This document shows positions 1 to 8,969 of a stretch of 35,718 nt of DNA, one piece after another. Position numbers and translations under genes: made by a program. The first letter of the stretch is position 1. Each line of letters opens with the position of its first letter. The notes below the pieces were generated by a model. The model searched no databases, was not told the DNA's origin, and saw nothing but the letters and a program-made list of their open reading frames with translations. The DNA lies in the NCBI GenBank assembly GCA_001824135.1, contig MHWM01000032.1, positions 1 to 35,718 on the forward strand, written 5' to 3'. The DNA comes from Candidatus Zambryskibacteria bacterium RIFCSPLOWO2_02_FULL_39_14. Its GTDB lineage: Bacteria > Patescibacteriota > Minisyncoccia > Phycocordibacterales > Zambryskibacteraceae.

Positions 1-1
1 G

Positions 2-1195
2 GATAAATTAATTGATAACAATTTTAAAGTATCTACTGATACTAGAAAAGATGTAGCAAATTCTATATTCTTTGCTATAAAAGGAGACAACTTTGATGGC
101 AATACTTTTGTCGAAACAGCTTTAGAAAAAGGTGCCACTGGAGTTGTAACAGAAAATCCTAAATTTAAACAAAAGCCACACATATATGTCGTCGACGATG
201 TTCTAGATACATTACAAAAATTGGCTAAAAGATACCGCGAGACTTTCGATATCCCGATCATCGCTATCGGTGGGTCTAATGGTAAAACAACTACTCGAGG
301 ATTAGTCAATCAAGTATTACAAACTCGCTACAAAGTATATTCAACCGAAGGTAATTTAAATAACCACATTGGTGTACCTCTCTCTATTTTATCTATGGAT
401 AAATCTTCAGAAATAGGGGTATTTGAAATAGGAGCCAATCATTTAGGTGAACATACTAAACTTTTGGAAATCCTAAATCCAACTCATGTCTTAGTAACTA
501 ATAATGGTATGGACCACTTAGAAGGATTCGGTTCACCGGAAGGCGCAAGAGAAGCCAATGAAGAAATCATTACTTGGGCAGATAAGCATAAAGCGATTGT
601 CATTAAAAATAAAAATCATGAACTTGAGATCAACTCTCCCCTACCCTTGGCTATCTCTTGGGAAGGAAAAAGATATCAGACAAATCTGGCTGGTAATTAT
701 AATTTAGAAAATATTAATTGGGCATTGTCTGTCGGAGCTCAATTTCAAATCATTGATAAAGAAGAGACTCTTGAGGCTATAGAGAGATACAAATCCCTAT
801 CGCAAAGATCACAATTAGTGATTAAAGACAATAACAAATTTATCGTCGATTGTTATAACGCTAATCCAACTAGTATGATGTTAGCACTAAAGAGTTTTGT
901 GGACTCGGTTAGTCACCCAAGAGGTATCATATTGGGAGATATGCTAGAGCTTGGTGAATACGCTGGTAAAGAACATAAGAGGGTTGTTAAATTTATCGCG
1001 GAGCAAAAGTTTGATGTAATAGTACTTATTGGAAAACTTTTTAAAAAAGCTGTGGAAAAAACGGGTCTCAAACATGTTTGGTTTGAGGATTCTGCCACAG
1101 CCAAAATTTGGTTCAGAACACAAGCATTTGATAATTACACTTTTTTATTGAAAGGTTCAAGAGGGATAAAAGTAGAACAAGTTATAGAGACTTAG
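2..1195 (+). CDS. murF: UDP-N-acetylmuramoyl-tripeptide--D-alanyl-D-alanine ligase (MurF), 5'-partial at window edge
   Basis: The reading frame is open from nt 2 (DKLIDNNFKVSTDTRKDVANSIFFAIKGDNFDGNTF...), so the ORF-track 'M' at 221 is an internal TTG. It has the Mur-ligase P-loop IAIGGSNGKTTT and the MurF-type DCYNANPTSM motif. Stop is TAG at 1193-1195. Confidence 0.9.
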   Translation, partial: DKLIDNNFKVSTDTRKDVANSIFFAIKGDNFDGNTFVETALEKGATGVVTENPKFKQKPHIYVVDDVLDTLQKLAKRYRETFDIPIIAIGGSNGKTTTRGLVNQVLQTRYKVYSTEGNLNNHIGVPLSILSMDKSSEIGVFEIGANHLGEHTKLLEILNPTHVLVTNNGMDHLEGFGSPEGAREANEEIITWADKHKAIVIKNKNHELEINSPLPLAISWEGKRYQTNLAGNYNLENINWALSVGAQFQIIDKEETLEAIERYKSLSQRSQLVIKDNNKFIVDCYNANPTSMMLALKSFVDSVSHPRGIILGDMLELGEYAGKEHKRVVKFIAEQKFDVIVLIGKLFKKAVEKTGLKHVWFEDSATAKIWFRTQAFDNYTFLLKGSRGIKVEQVIET

Positions 1196-1350
1196 CTCCC
1201 CTATTATTCCAGACTACCAACACTGAATCATTTACTACTTATCCAAAAGAGACGACCACCATTTGAAAGAAAAGTTCATTAAAAGATAGGCTGGAACATA
1301 AATTGGAGCAAGTAGAAAAAATAAGATGAATCTAATAATTTTCATATAAA

Positions 1351-1569
1351 TTAACTTGACTGTCTAAATTCAAGTATTTTTTCCCAGATGAAAAAGATAG
1401 GGATTCTTATATAAGACCAACTGATGTTTAATATATTTTTAATATACTCTATAGTATTTCTCCCCTGTTCTGAATCGGCAGCATCAAAAATAGACCAATC
1501 TAAAAAATATTTAAGAGCCGCCAAGGCTATAATAATCAATATAAGCAAACCTATAAATCCTCTATTCAT
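1351..1569 (-). CDS. small hypothetical membrane protein (72 aa)
   Basis: ORF only. It has one N-terminal hydrophobic helix (GLLILIIIALAAL), lies 12 nt downstream of the M23 peptidase gene on the same strand, and shows no recognisable motif. Confidence 0.35.
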   Translation of the reverse strand: MNRGFIGLLILIIIALAALKYFLDWSIFDAADSEQGRNTIEYIKNILNISWSYIRIPIFFIWEKILEFRQSS

Positions 1570-1581
1570 AGACCTATTTTA

Positions 1582-2859
1582 TCAAAGAGAAGGAAGATAA
1601 GCGAGTGGATCAAGATAAGCATCTGTGCTGGCAAGAGGAATATATATATTATGACACCCTGAACCTGTATCCTTATATCTCTGAGATGTAAATGGGCTAA
1701 TCTTCACCCCCTGAGATGCATAGAGACCGATATGAAGATGTGGTCCGGTAGAATTACCTGAACCATATACTCTTGGATATCCGCCTGAATATCCTATTAT
1801 CTCTCCTCTTTTGACATTCTGACCCGTCTTTACCACAGATGCTGACAGATGAGCATAGATACTTGAAAGACCATTATCATGCTGTATAAATATCCAGCGA
1901 CCATAGGAGTAACAACCTTTTTGGTCATCGGTATTGGCTTCCCCTTTCACAATACCAGCATCCATAGCCATAATTGGTGTACCTTGTGAAGCTCTGAAAT
2001 CAACTCCGTTATGATATCTTGTTGGTCGAACACCAAAAGTATCAGTGACAAAAATTTTAGATAAAGGCCAAGCCAGCAAACCATGTTGTAATTTTGGAAT
2101 AAGAGTTGGATCTAAAGCAAACTGTAATTCAGATTCCAACCTAAAAAGATCCTCTTCAAACTCCTTTTGACGCGCCAGATTTTCGGCAAGCATTTTTTGA
2201 TACTCAGCTTCTTTATTTTTAGTTTCAGTCAATAATTTTTCTTTAGCCTTCTGATTTTCTTCAACTACAGATTTCTGCCCACTCAATTGATCTTGTAAGC
2301 TCAATTGTTCTTCTTTTACTTTCTCTTTCTTTGCTTTCTCTTGGTTTAGTGCTTTACGAGTCTCGCGTAAATCTTTTATCTCTTCTTCCAATCGAGTATT
2401 GAGATCCTCAAGTCTATTTCTATCTCCCCAAATATCTGAAAGTTTAGTAGTTGCTAAAAGATTAAGTAGAAGCGGTCTGGAATCGTAATCAGATAGTCTT
2501 GTAAGAGTATCAGCGATAGCTCTCCGATGTATAACTATTTGTTGTTCTTTCTCATTCATAGTATTTTCAAGCGATTTAATAGTGAGATTAGTGGAAGAAA
2601 TTTTTGACTGTGTGATATTGATATCAGAAGCTAACTTTTTCCTAGTAGCATCAAGAGACTTGACAGCACCACCGAGAGTCTGGGCTTCTTTGTTTACCGC
2701 TTCTAACTCAATCTGAAGCCTCTTTTGTTCTTCAAGCAGAATTTCTCTCTCTTTTCTAACATTATCAATCTGTTTTTCTAAATCACTCGGATTAGCTGCG
2801 CTCAGAATCATCGGTACAAATAAAAATAAAAAGAAGATATTAGAAAATCGTAGTTTCAT
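1582..2859 (-). CDS. secreted M23/LytM-family metallopeptidase with long N-terminal coiled coil (EnvC-like architecture)
   Basis: Signal peptide MKLRFSNIFFLFLFVPMILSA, about 230 aa of heptad-rich K/E/Q sequence, and a C-terminal M23 domain with HNGVDF (HxxxD) and GPHLHIGLY (HxH). Its start overlaps the upstream stop (ATGA). Confidence 0.85.
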   Translation of the reverse strand: MKLRFSNIFFLFLFVPMILSAANPSDLEKQIDNVRKEREILLEEQKRLQIELEAVNKEAQTLGGAVKSLDATRKKLASDINITQSKISSTNLTIKSLENTMNEKEQQIVIHRRAIADTLTRLSDYDSRPLLLNLLATTKLSDIWGDRNRLEDLNTRLEEEIKDLRETRKALNQEKAKKEKVKEEQLSLQDQLSGQKSVVEENQKAKEKLLTETKNKEAEYQKMLAENLARQKEFEEDLFRLESELQFALDPTLIPKLQHGLLAWPLSKIFVTDTFGVRPTRYHNGVDFRASQGTPIMAMDAGIVKGEANTDDQKGCYSYGRWIFIQHDNGLSSIYAHLSASVVKTGQNVKRGEIIGYSGGYPRVYGSGNSTGPHLHIGLYASQGVKISPFTSQRYKDTGSGCHNIYIPLASTDAYLDPLAYLPSL

Positions 2860-3746
2860 TTATTTCTTACCTTATCGAGATTAAAATGCTTCCTATTTAC
2901 CCAAGCCAATTTCTTCTCATCAAAAATAGCTCCACCTTTATGAACACGCGAAATATCAAAGACTTTTATCAATTCATCTAGAGTAAAGATTTCCTGATTA
3001 GTACCAGGATTCCAACCAAGAAGCGCAAGGTAGTTTATAATGGCTTGTGGTGAATATCCTTTGTTTTTATAAGTATCAATCCAAACTGCCTCACCATGTT
3101 TCCTCTTCGACAACTTAGAACGATCTGACGCCAATATAAGTGGTAAATGTGCATATATAGGACGAGTAGCCCTAATTGCTTCTTGAATTAATATTTGACG
3201 TGGTGTATTTGATATTCCATCTTCACCACGAATGACATGGGTAATCGCCATTTCATGGTCATCGACTACTGATGCGAGATGATAAAGAGGCTCTTCCAAA
3301 CTCTTGGCGACAACAAAATCACCAAGTTCAGTCGTATCAAACTCGACACTACCGCGCACTAAATCTTCGAAGACGACTTTCTTATTAGGATTCTTCAACC
3401 TGATAACTTCATTTCTTTGCCCTGCTTCTGTTACTTCTTCTTTTGAAATATAAACAAAGCCACTATCAAGCATTTGCTTTAAAAATTTCTTATATATATC
3501 TTCTCGCTCTGATTGTCTATACAATTCATCGTGTTCTAAACCAAGCCAGATCAGTCCGTCTAAAATATTCTGTTCGAATGCTTTAGTAGAACGTTCTCTA
3601 TCTGTATCATCTATGCGTAAAATGAATTTTCCTCCACGTTGTTTAGCAAAAAGATAATTAAATAAAGTGGTACGTGCCGTACCAATATGAAGATTCCCTG
3701 TCGGCGATGGTGCCATACGCACCACTATGTTATTTTTCGATTTCAT
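2856..3746 (-). CDS. gltX: glutamyl-tRNA synthetase-like protein, catalytic (Rossmann) domain only, 296 aa
   Basis: Motifs seen: APSPTGNLHIGTARTTLFNYLFA (HIGH), RIDDTDRERS, THVIRGEDGISNTPRQ, KLSKRK (KMSKS), NYLALLGWNP, FDEKKLAWVNRKH. The protein ends about where the anticodon-binding domain of canonical GluRS starts. The TGA stop overlaps the next gene's ATG. Confidence 0.85.
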   Translation of the reverse strand: MKSKNNIVVRMAPSPTGNLHIGTARTTLFNYLFAKQRGGKFILRIDDTDRERSTKAFEQNILDGLIWLGLEHDELYRQSEREDIYKKFLKQMLDSGFVYISKEEVTEAGQRNEVIRLKNPNKKVVFEDLVRGSVEFDTTELGDFVVAKSLEEPLYHLASVVDDHEMAITHVIRGEDGISNTPRQILIQEAIRATRPIYAHLPLILASDRSKLSKRKHGEAVWIDTYKNKGYSPQAIINYLALLGWNPGTNQEIFTLDELIKVFDISRVHKGGAIFDEKKLAWVNRKHFNLDKVRNK

Positions 3747-4863
3747 GACTTAGAGCAATTTTAAGAATTTCCTCTGCGACTAAATGCGCGGCTTCTGGTT
3801 TATAGAAAGCTTTTGCGGCTGCCTGCATCTTTGCCCTTTCTGTTTGATTTGTTACCAATCGTTCTATCTCTGAAGCCAATATGTTGTGAGTGAAGTTGTT
3901 TTCTTCTACCACTTCACAAGCTCCAGCGCGAGCGTAGGCAAAAGCATTTTGCCTCTGGTGGTCACCATTTGATTTGACAATCGGTATAATAATAGAAGGT
4001 ACTCCCCATGCTGCTATCTCGAAGATAGTAGAGCCAGCACGAGAAACCACCACAGAAGCCGCCCCAGCAGCCATGCGTAAGGTCAAGGGATCTAGATAAT
4101 CAAAGGCTTTATACCTGTCTTTGTGAGTGGAATTGAAGAGTAGTGCTTCTGCCATATCTTTGACTTCTTTGATATTGTTTTTACCCGTCTGATGAATGAT
4201 GGCATATTTTTCTACCAAGTTTTTTAAACCTTCAATAACGGTATTATTGATCTTTCTTGCTCCTTGTGACCCACCAAGCACTAGTATTAGTGGTATATTT
4301 TCTTCTATCTTTAAATACTCGTGGGCTCCAGCATGAATAGGATTAGCGATATCTTTACGTATAGGATTACCTGTAAAAGCCACTTTCTCTTTAGGAAAAT
4401 ATTTAGAAGTTTCTCTATAAGAGACAGCCACCCGAAGAGCATACTTCCCTGCCCAGAGATTAACACGACCAGGCACCATATCAGACTCGTGTATGACTAC
4501 CGGGATGCGTAAAATATATGCTGAAAACAATACTGGAAAACTAGCATACCCTCCTTTACCAAACACAACGTCAGGATAGAGTCTATAAACCATAATAAGC
4601 GAAGTTAGAATCCCCCACCCTGTTTTAAAAATATCAAAGAAATTTAAGAACGAGAAATAACGGCGAAGTTTACCAGCACTATTTTTCTTGTAAATGATGC
4701 CGTGCTCATAAAGTACTCCTGGGTTATAAGGAGTAGGAGACATATAAAACAGCTCCAGTTCTAAAAGTTTCTTCTCTTTGGCAAGATTGTTGAGTTCTTC
4801 GGCAATAGAGATTATCGGGTAGAAATGTCCTCCGGAGCCACCGCCAGTAAATAAAATACGCAT
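3730..4863 (-). CDS. murG: undecaprenyldiphospho-muramoylpentapeptide beta-N-acetylglucosaminyltransferase (MurG)
   Basis: N-terminal MRILFTGGGSGGHFYP G-loop, LGGSQGA, and a C-terminal SRAGSTIFEIAAWGVPSIIIP...GDHQRQNA motif. It sits between ftsW and the rest of the cell-wall operon. Confidence 0.92.
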   Translation of the reverse strand: MRILFTGGGSGGHFYPIISIAEELNNLAKEKKLLELELFYMSPTPYNPGVLYEHGIIYKKNSAGKLRRYFSFLNFFDIFKTGWGILTSLIMVYRLYPDVVFGKGGYASFPVLFSAYILRIPVVIHESDMVPGRVNLWAGKYALRVAVSYRETSKYFPKEKVAFTGNPIRKDIANPIHAGAHEYLKIEENIPLILVLGGSQGARKINNTVIEGLKNLVEKYAIIHQTGKNNIKEVKDMAEALLFNSTHKDRYKAFDYLDPLTLRMAAGAASVVVSRAGSTIFEIAAWGVPSIIIPIVKSNGDHQRQNAFAYARAGACEVVEENNFTHNILASEIERLVTNQTERAKMQAAAKAFYKPEAAHLVAEEILKIALSHEIEK

Positions 4864-4865
4864 TT

Positions 4866-5966
4866 TTATGATTCTCTAGCTCTAGAAATAGATAGAATGA
4901 TACCCACTTCAAGCAGAGTAATGAAGAGAGAAGTGCCACCGTGGCTGACAAATGGTAAAGTAATGCCCGACAGTGGAACTACTCCAAGCATGGCACCAAT
5001 ATTGACGAATGCTTGGGAGACTATCATTATAACAATTCCTACTACTACCAGTCTAGCAAAGACTGTAGATGCCACGGATGCAATCTTCAGACCTCGTGTG
5101 GCAAAAAGCACAAATACCAGAAGTAGAAATATTGAACCAACAAAACCAAATTCTTCAGCCGCTACAGCAAAGATTGAATCGCTTACCGGTTCAGGAAGAT
5201 AAGTAAATTTTTGTACACTTTGACCAAACCCGCGACCAAACAATCTGCCAGAACCAATAGCTATAAGAGATTGGCGCACCTGATAACTTGCTCCTAAAAC
5301 ATCAGACTGAGGATTAAAGAAAGTAGTTATACGTTGCATGATATAAGGTCTAGTAAAAGCTAGAAAAGTAATACCTATAAGACCAGCTAAAACAACCATA
5401 AGAACATGGCGCCACTGTCCTCCGGCTGTGATAAACATGGCCAGACCTGCTATGATGATTAAAACAAGATTATCTGTATCCGGTTGTTGCAAGAGAAGTA
5501 CTGCAGAAATAGTAAATAAAATGACAAGAGGTAAGAAACCCCAGTATAAAGTCTTAATCTTATCCTTAACTCCAGAACTCCAAGCCGCAAAGTAAATAAT
5601 GAAGGCTAGTTTCAGTATCTCTGATGTTTGGAAAGTGACAAAACCAAGCGCAATCCAACGCCTAGCTCCAGCATGTTCCAGACCAATACTTGGGAAAAGG
5701 ACTAAAATGTTGAGAATGATAGCGATTACAAATAAATAAAAAGCATATTTTTTCCAGATTTTATAATCCAGACGCGAAGCCACTATCATAGCCAAAGTCC
5801 CCAAAAATAGACCAAAGACCGTCTGGGAGAAAGCAATACTAGAATAATTAGAACTTTCTTTAGCAAGAAGACCTAAAGATGCAGAACTGAATATAAAAAA
5901 ACCAGTCACTATTAAGATAATAGAAATAAATAGAAAAGGTTTATCTACTTTCGCCCTTGACGCCAT
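4866..5966 (-). CDS. ftsW: SEDS-family peptidoglycan glycosyltransferase (FtsW/RodA; FtsW by context)
   Basis: Polytopic membrane protein of about 10 TM helices with SEDS-type motifs (RWIALGFVTFQTSEILKL, QSLIAIGSGRLFGRGFGQS, PEPVSDSIFAV, GVVPLSGITLPFVSHGGTS). Located between mraY and murG. Confidence 0.85.
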   Translation of the reverse strand: MASRAKVDKPFLFISIILIVTGFFIFSSASLGLLAKESSNYSSIAFSQTVFGLFLGTLAMIVASRLDYKIWKKYAFYLFVIAIILNILVLFPSIGLEHAGARRWIALGFVTFQTSEILKLAFIIYFAAWSSGVKDKIKTLYWGFLPLVILFTISAVLLLQQPDTDNLVLIIIAGLAMFITAGGQWRHVLMVVLAGLIGITFLAFTRPYIMQRITTFFNPQSDVLGASYQVRQSLIAIGSGRLFGRGFGQSVQKFTYLPEPVSDSIFAVAAEEFGFVGSIFLLLVFVLFATRGLKIASVASTVFARLVVVGIVIMIVSQAFVNIGAMLGVVPLSGITLPFVSHGGTSLFITLLEVGIILSISRARES

Positions 5967-6063
5967 AATTACCGCAGATTATAACATGATGAGTATGGGT
6001 GGAATAATGCAATTCTTTCGCAAAGATAGAACTTTTACAATTTTTTAATAAAAACTATCAAAA

Positions 6064-7110
6064 CTAACTCACTAGAACTAAGATGACGCCAACAATAGCA
6101 GAGATTACAGAGACTATCCAGTAGCGCATCACTACCTTCTCACGTGGCCAACCAAGAGCTTGAAAATGGTGATGAAGTGGAGCCACTTTGAATACTCTAT
6201 AGCCGTTGAAAAATTTATATACATATATCTGGATAATATCTGAGGCAGTAGTAGCTGCTAGAGGTAAGGCAATTATGGGTAATAAAAGCACTGAATCCGT
6301 CAAGAAAGCAATAACTGACAAAACGACAGTAAGAGCCATCATTCCAGTCTCTCCCATATAAAACCGTGCCGGCGGTACATTGAACCATAAGAATGCCATA
6401 ATACCTCCTGCGATAGCGCCTGAAAGAGCAGAGATATCCACTTGATTATTAACAAACGCAATAACTGCAAAGGCAGTGAAAACTGGAGCCAGCACTCCCC
6501 CAGCCAACCCATCAAGACCGTCAATTACTGATGTAGAGAAAGTAGCAAGCATTACTATGATAAAGAAAGGTATGAACAAAATACCAAGATACAAATCACC
6601 ATTGAAAGGAATGTTTACAGAATCAAAGTCAAGTTTATAGTAAAACCATAAGCTGATGATGATACCAATAAGAGTGACTAGGATTATCTTTATCTTGCGA
6701 TAGATAAGAGCATCTTGGGCATATTTACCGTATCCATATATATGCACAAGATCATCAACTAATCCTATAAAAGCCGCAAAGAAAAAGGCTCCTAAGGGTA
6801 CCAAAGTCTGACTTCTTGAGAAAAAGTTTAGTTTCTCTGTTACTTCTGACGGAAATAATATTGATAAAATATAAATGGCACAAACAGTAAGGAGTACAGA
6901 CACCCATATTATAATTCCCCCAACTTTTGGCGTACTGAGCTCATGTTCAGTATTGTGAATGTTTTTAAAAGCTTCAGAAGTATCCGCATCAGTCCTTGGC
7001 GACCTCTTCCACATCTTGTATTTGTAGAAATAACTAGTGAAAAACGGCGTGATAGAAATACCGATAAAGAAAGTGAGTGCAGTTGGTAAAATTATTTTTA
7101 GTATATCCAT
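6064..7110 (-). CDS. mraY: phospho-N-acetylmuramoyl-pentapeptide transferase (MraY)
   Basis: Polytopic membrane protein with GLVDD, VIDGLDGLAGG and the C-terminal APLHHHFQALGW motif. Confidence 0.93.
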   Translation of the reverse strand: MDILKIILPTALTFFIGISITPFFTSYFYKYKMWKRSPRTDADTSEAFKNIHNTEHELSTPKVGGIIIWVSVLLTVCAIYILSILFPSEVTEKLNFFSRSQTLVPLGAFFFAAFIGLVDDLVHIYGYGKYAQDALIYRKIKIILVTLIGIIISLWFYYKLDFDSVNIPFNGDLYLGILFIPFFIIVMLATFSTSVIDGLDGLAGGVLAPVFTAFAVIAFVNNQVDISALSGAIAGGIMAFLWFNVPPARFYMGETGMMALTVVLSVIAFLTDSVLLLPIIALPLAATTASDIIQIYVYKFFNGYRVFKVAPLHHHFQALGWPREKVVMRYWIVSVISAIVGVILVLVS

Positions 7111-7111
7111 T

Positions 7112-8965
7112 TTATTGACGTTTTATAAATATATTGTACCAGAGAGAGAACACAAAGAGGAGGTATATTTTTCGGGAATTATCGGTTTTTTTTATTAAAT
7201 GATCATCTATCAGTTTTTTGATATACGAGATATCCATATGACTTTTTACATATGGATTATCAAGAATAGTGTCATACACATCAGCTCGCTCATTTGTAAA
7301 CCAATTTTTCACAGGTGTTGGAAAACCGAGTTTCTTTCTATTACGTACAGATTCTGGTAATACGTTTTTAAAAGCTTCGCGCAAGAGATATTTTGTAGTA
7401 CCATGCCAACCTACAAACTTCCATTTAAATCTATCTGGTAAAGTTCTTGCCAGATGCGCCACTTCAATATCAAGAAACGGAACTCTTAGTTCAAGTGAAT
7501 GCGCCATTGTCATTTTGTCAGCTTTGGCTAATATATCACCTATAAGCCAAGTATGGATATCTACATACTGCATCTTGGTTGAGTCACTTAACCCAATAGT
7601 CTGCCGGTAAATAGAATCTAGAGACAAAAAATCAATCCTATCTCCTCTCCATAGTTTTTCAATTTCTTTTCTATCAAAAATAGAGCCATTGAAGTATTTC
7701 TGACCAATATACCAATCTTCGAGCTTCATACTGACTCTACGCAAATAATTTTTACCAAAAAATTTGAATGGCAATTCAAGAAATATTTTTATAATTTTTT
7801 TTGGAACCCATAAAAGTTTTTGTGAGTAAAATGGTGTAAGATATATATTGTACCCGCCAAACAATTCGTCAGAACCCTCACCAGATAAAACAACTTTTAC
7901 ATGTTTAGCTGCTTCTTTAGCCAGAAAATAGAGTCCCAAAGCTGACGGGTCAGCTACCGGTTCATCAAAATGCAAGATAGCTTTAGGTAATACCTCAAAA
8001 TACTCTTTAGGACCAATAGTAATTTCATGATGATCTGTACCAAGTGGTATAGAAGTCTCCTTAGCTTCCATACTTTCGCTTAAAGAATCAAAGCCTACAT
8101 TAAATGTCTTTATCTTTCTTCCACCTCTGATTTTTTGCATTAAAGTAGCAATAATACTTGAATCTATACCACCAGATAAAAATGAACCGACTGGAACATC
8201 GGCTATCATATGACAGGCCACAGAATCTTGCATGACTGCTAAAATTTTCTTTGCGGTTTTACTTTCATTAAGAGAATTATCTTGTTTAAATTCAAATTGC
8301 CAATATCTTTTCTTTTCAGATACACCTGTATTCAAATCTATACTTAAAAAGTGAGCGGGTGGAAGTCTAAAAATATTTTTAAAAAATGTTTCTTCAAGAG
8401 GATTATATTGAAAAGAAATATAGTTGAAAACTGCCGCATCATTGGTCTCAGGTAGAAAATTTTCTAGTGCTAGAAAACTTTTTATCTCAGAAGAAAATGC
8501 GATGATATTATTGCTTTTTTTAAGATAATAAAGTGGTTTAATACCGAAAAAATCTCTAGCAAGAATAAGTTTATGCTCTTTTTTATCATATATAGCTATA
8601 ACGAACATGCCTCTTAAATATTGGAATGCCTGCAAACCATATACTTCAAACATAGATAGAACTACTTCAGTATCGCTCTCTGTCTTGAAACATTTTCCCT
8701 TAACTTTGAGTTCTTCACGAAGTATCTTGTAATTATAAATCTCTCCGTTAAAAAATATAAGAAATCTGTCGTCAAAAGAAGTAATGGGTTGTTTACCGTG
8801 AGCTAAATCAATGATAGAGAGTCGTCTCATACCAAGACCAAGATAATCATCAATAAAGAAACCATCATCGTCAGGGCCACGATGAGATATAGCGTTTGTC
8901 ATTTGGCGAATAGATCTATCCTTATCTTTAATTTCCTTACCTAATATACCTGTAATGCCACACAT
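7112..8965 (-). CDS. asnB: asparagine synthase (glutamine-hydrolysing), AsnB family
   Basis: N-terminal MCGI (Ntn-amidotransferase Cys2), RGPDD, a PP-loop SFLSGGIDSS, and SGEGSDELFGGY. Length 617 aa. Confidence 0.9.
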   Translation of the reverse strand: MCGITGILGKEIKDKDRSIRQMTNAISHRGPDDDGFFIDDYLGLGMRRLSIIDLAHGKQPITSFDDRFLIFFNGEIYNYKILREELKVKGKCFKTESDTEVVLSMFEVYGLQAFQYLRGMFVIAIYDKKEHKLILARDFFGIKPLYYLKKSNNIIAFSSEIKSFLALENFLPETNDAAVFNYISFQYNPLEETFFKNIFRLPPAHFLSIDLNTGVSEKKRYWQFEFKQDNSLNESKTAKKILAVMQDSVACHMIADVPVGSFLSGGIDSSIIATLMQKIRGGRKIKTFNVGFDSLSESMEAKETSIPLGTDHHEITIGPKEYFEVLPKAILHFDEPVADPSALGLYFLAKEAAKHVKVVLSGEGSDELFGGYNIYLTPFYSQKLLWVPKKIIKIFLELPFKFFGKNYLRRVSMKLEDWYIGQKYFNGSIFDRKEIEKLWRGDRIDFLSLDSIYRQTIGLSDSTKMQYVDIHTWLIGDILAKADKMTMAHSLELRVPFLDIEVAHLARTLPDRFKWKFVGWHGTTKYLLREAFKNVLPESVRNRKKLGFPTPVKNWFTNERADVYDTILDNPYVKSHMDISYIKKLIDDHLIKKTDNSRKIYLLFVFSLWYNIFIKRQ

Positions 8966-8969
8966 AACA

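Noticed and set aside
1196-1350. Intergenic regions scanned for tRNA, rRNA, CRISPR repeats or other ncRNA (1196-1350, 5967-6063, 25559-25643, 20070-20127)
   Set aside because: No cloverleaf-compatible sequence, no GTTCRANYC T-loop with matching acceptor stem, and no spaced direct repeats were seen. These regions are AT-rich and look like ordinary promoter or terminator spacers.
2800-2860. Possibility that the truncated GluRS reflects UGA recoding (code 25/4), as in some CPR lineages
   Set aside because: Reading through the TGA at 2856-2858 gives about 15 nonsense-looking codons (NYDFLISSFYFYLYR) and then another TGA. The overlapping frame encodes a complete M23 peptidase. TGA also terminates other well-delimited genes (trpS, scpA). 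The standard code fits.
4724-4951. Small same-strand, out-of-frame ORFs overlapping murG/ftsW (4724-4951), mraY (6339-6524), dnaK (22305-22568) and the 445-aa gene (28906-29088)
   Set aside because: They are embedded in alternative frames of strongly supported genes and have no independent support.
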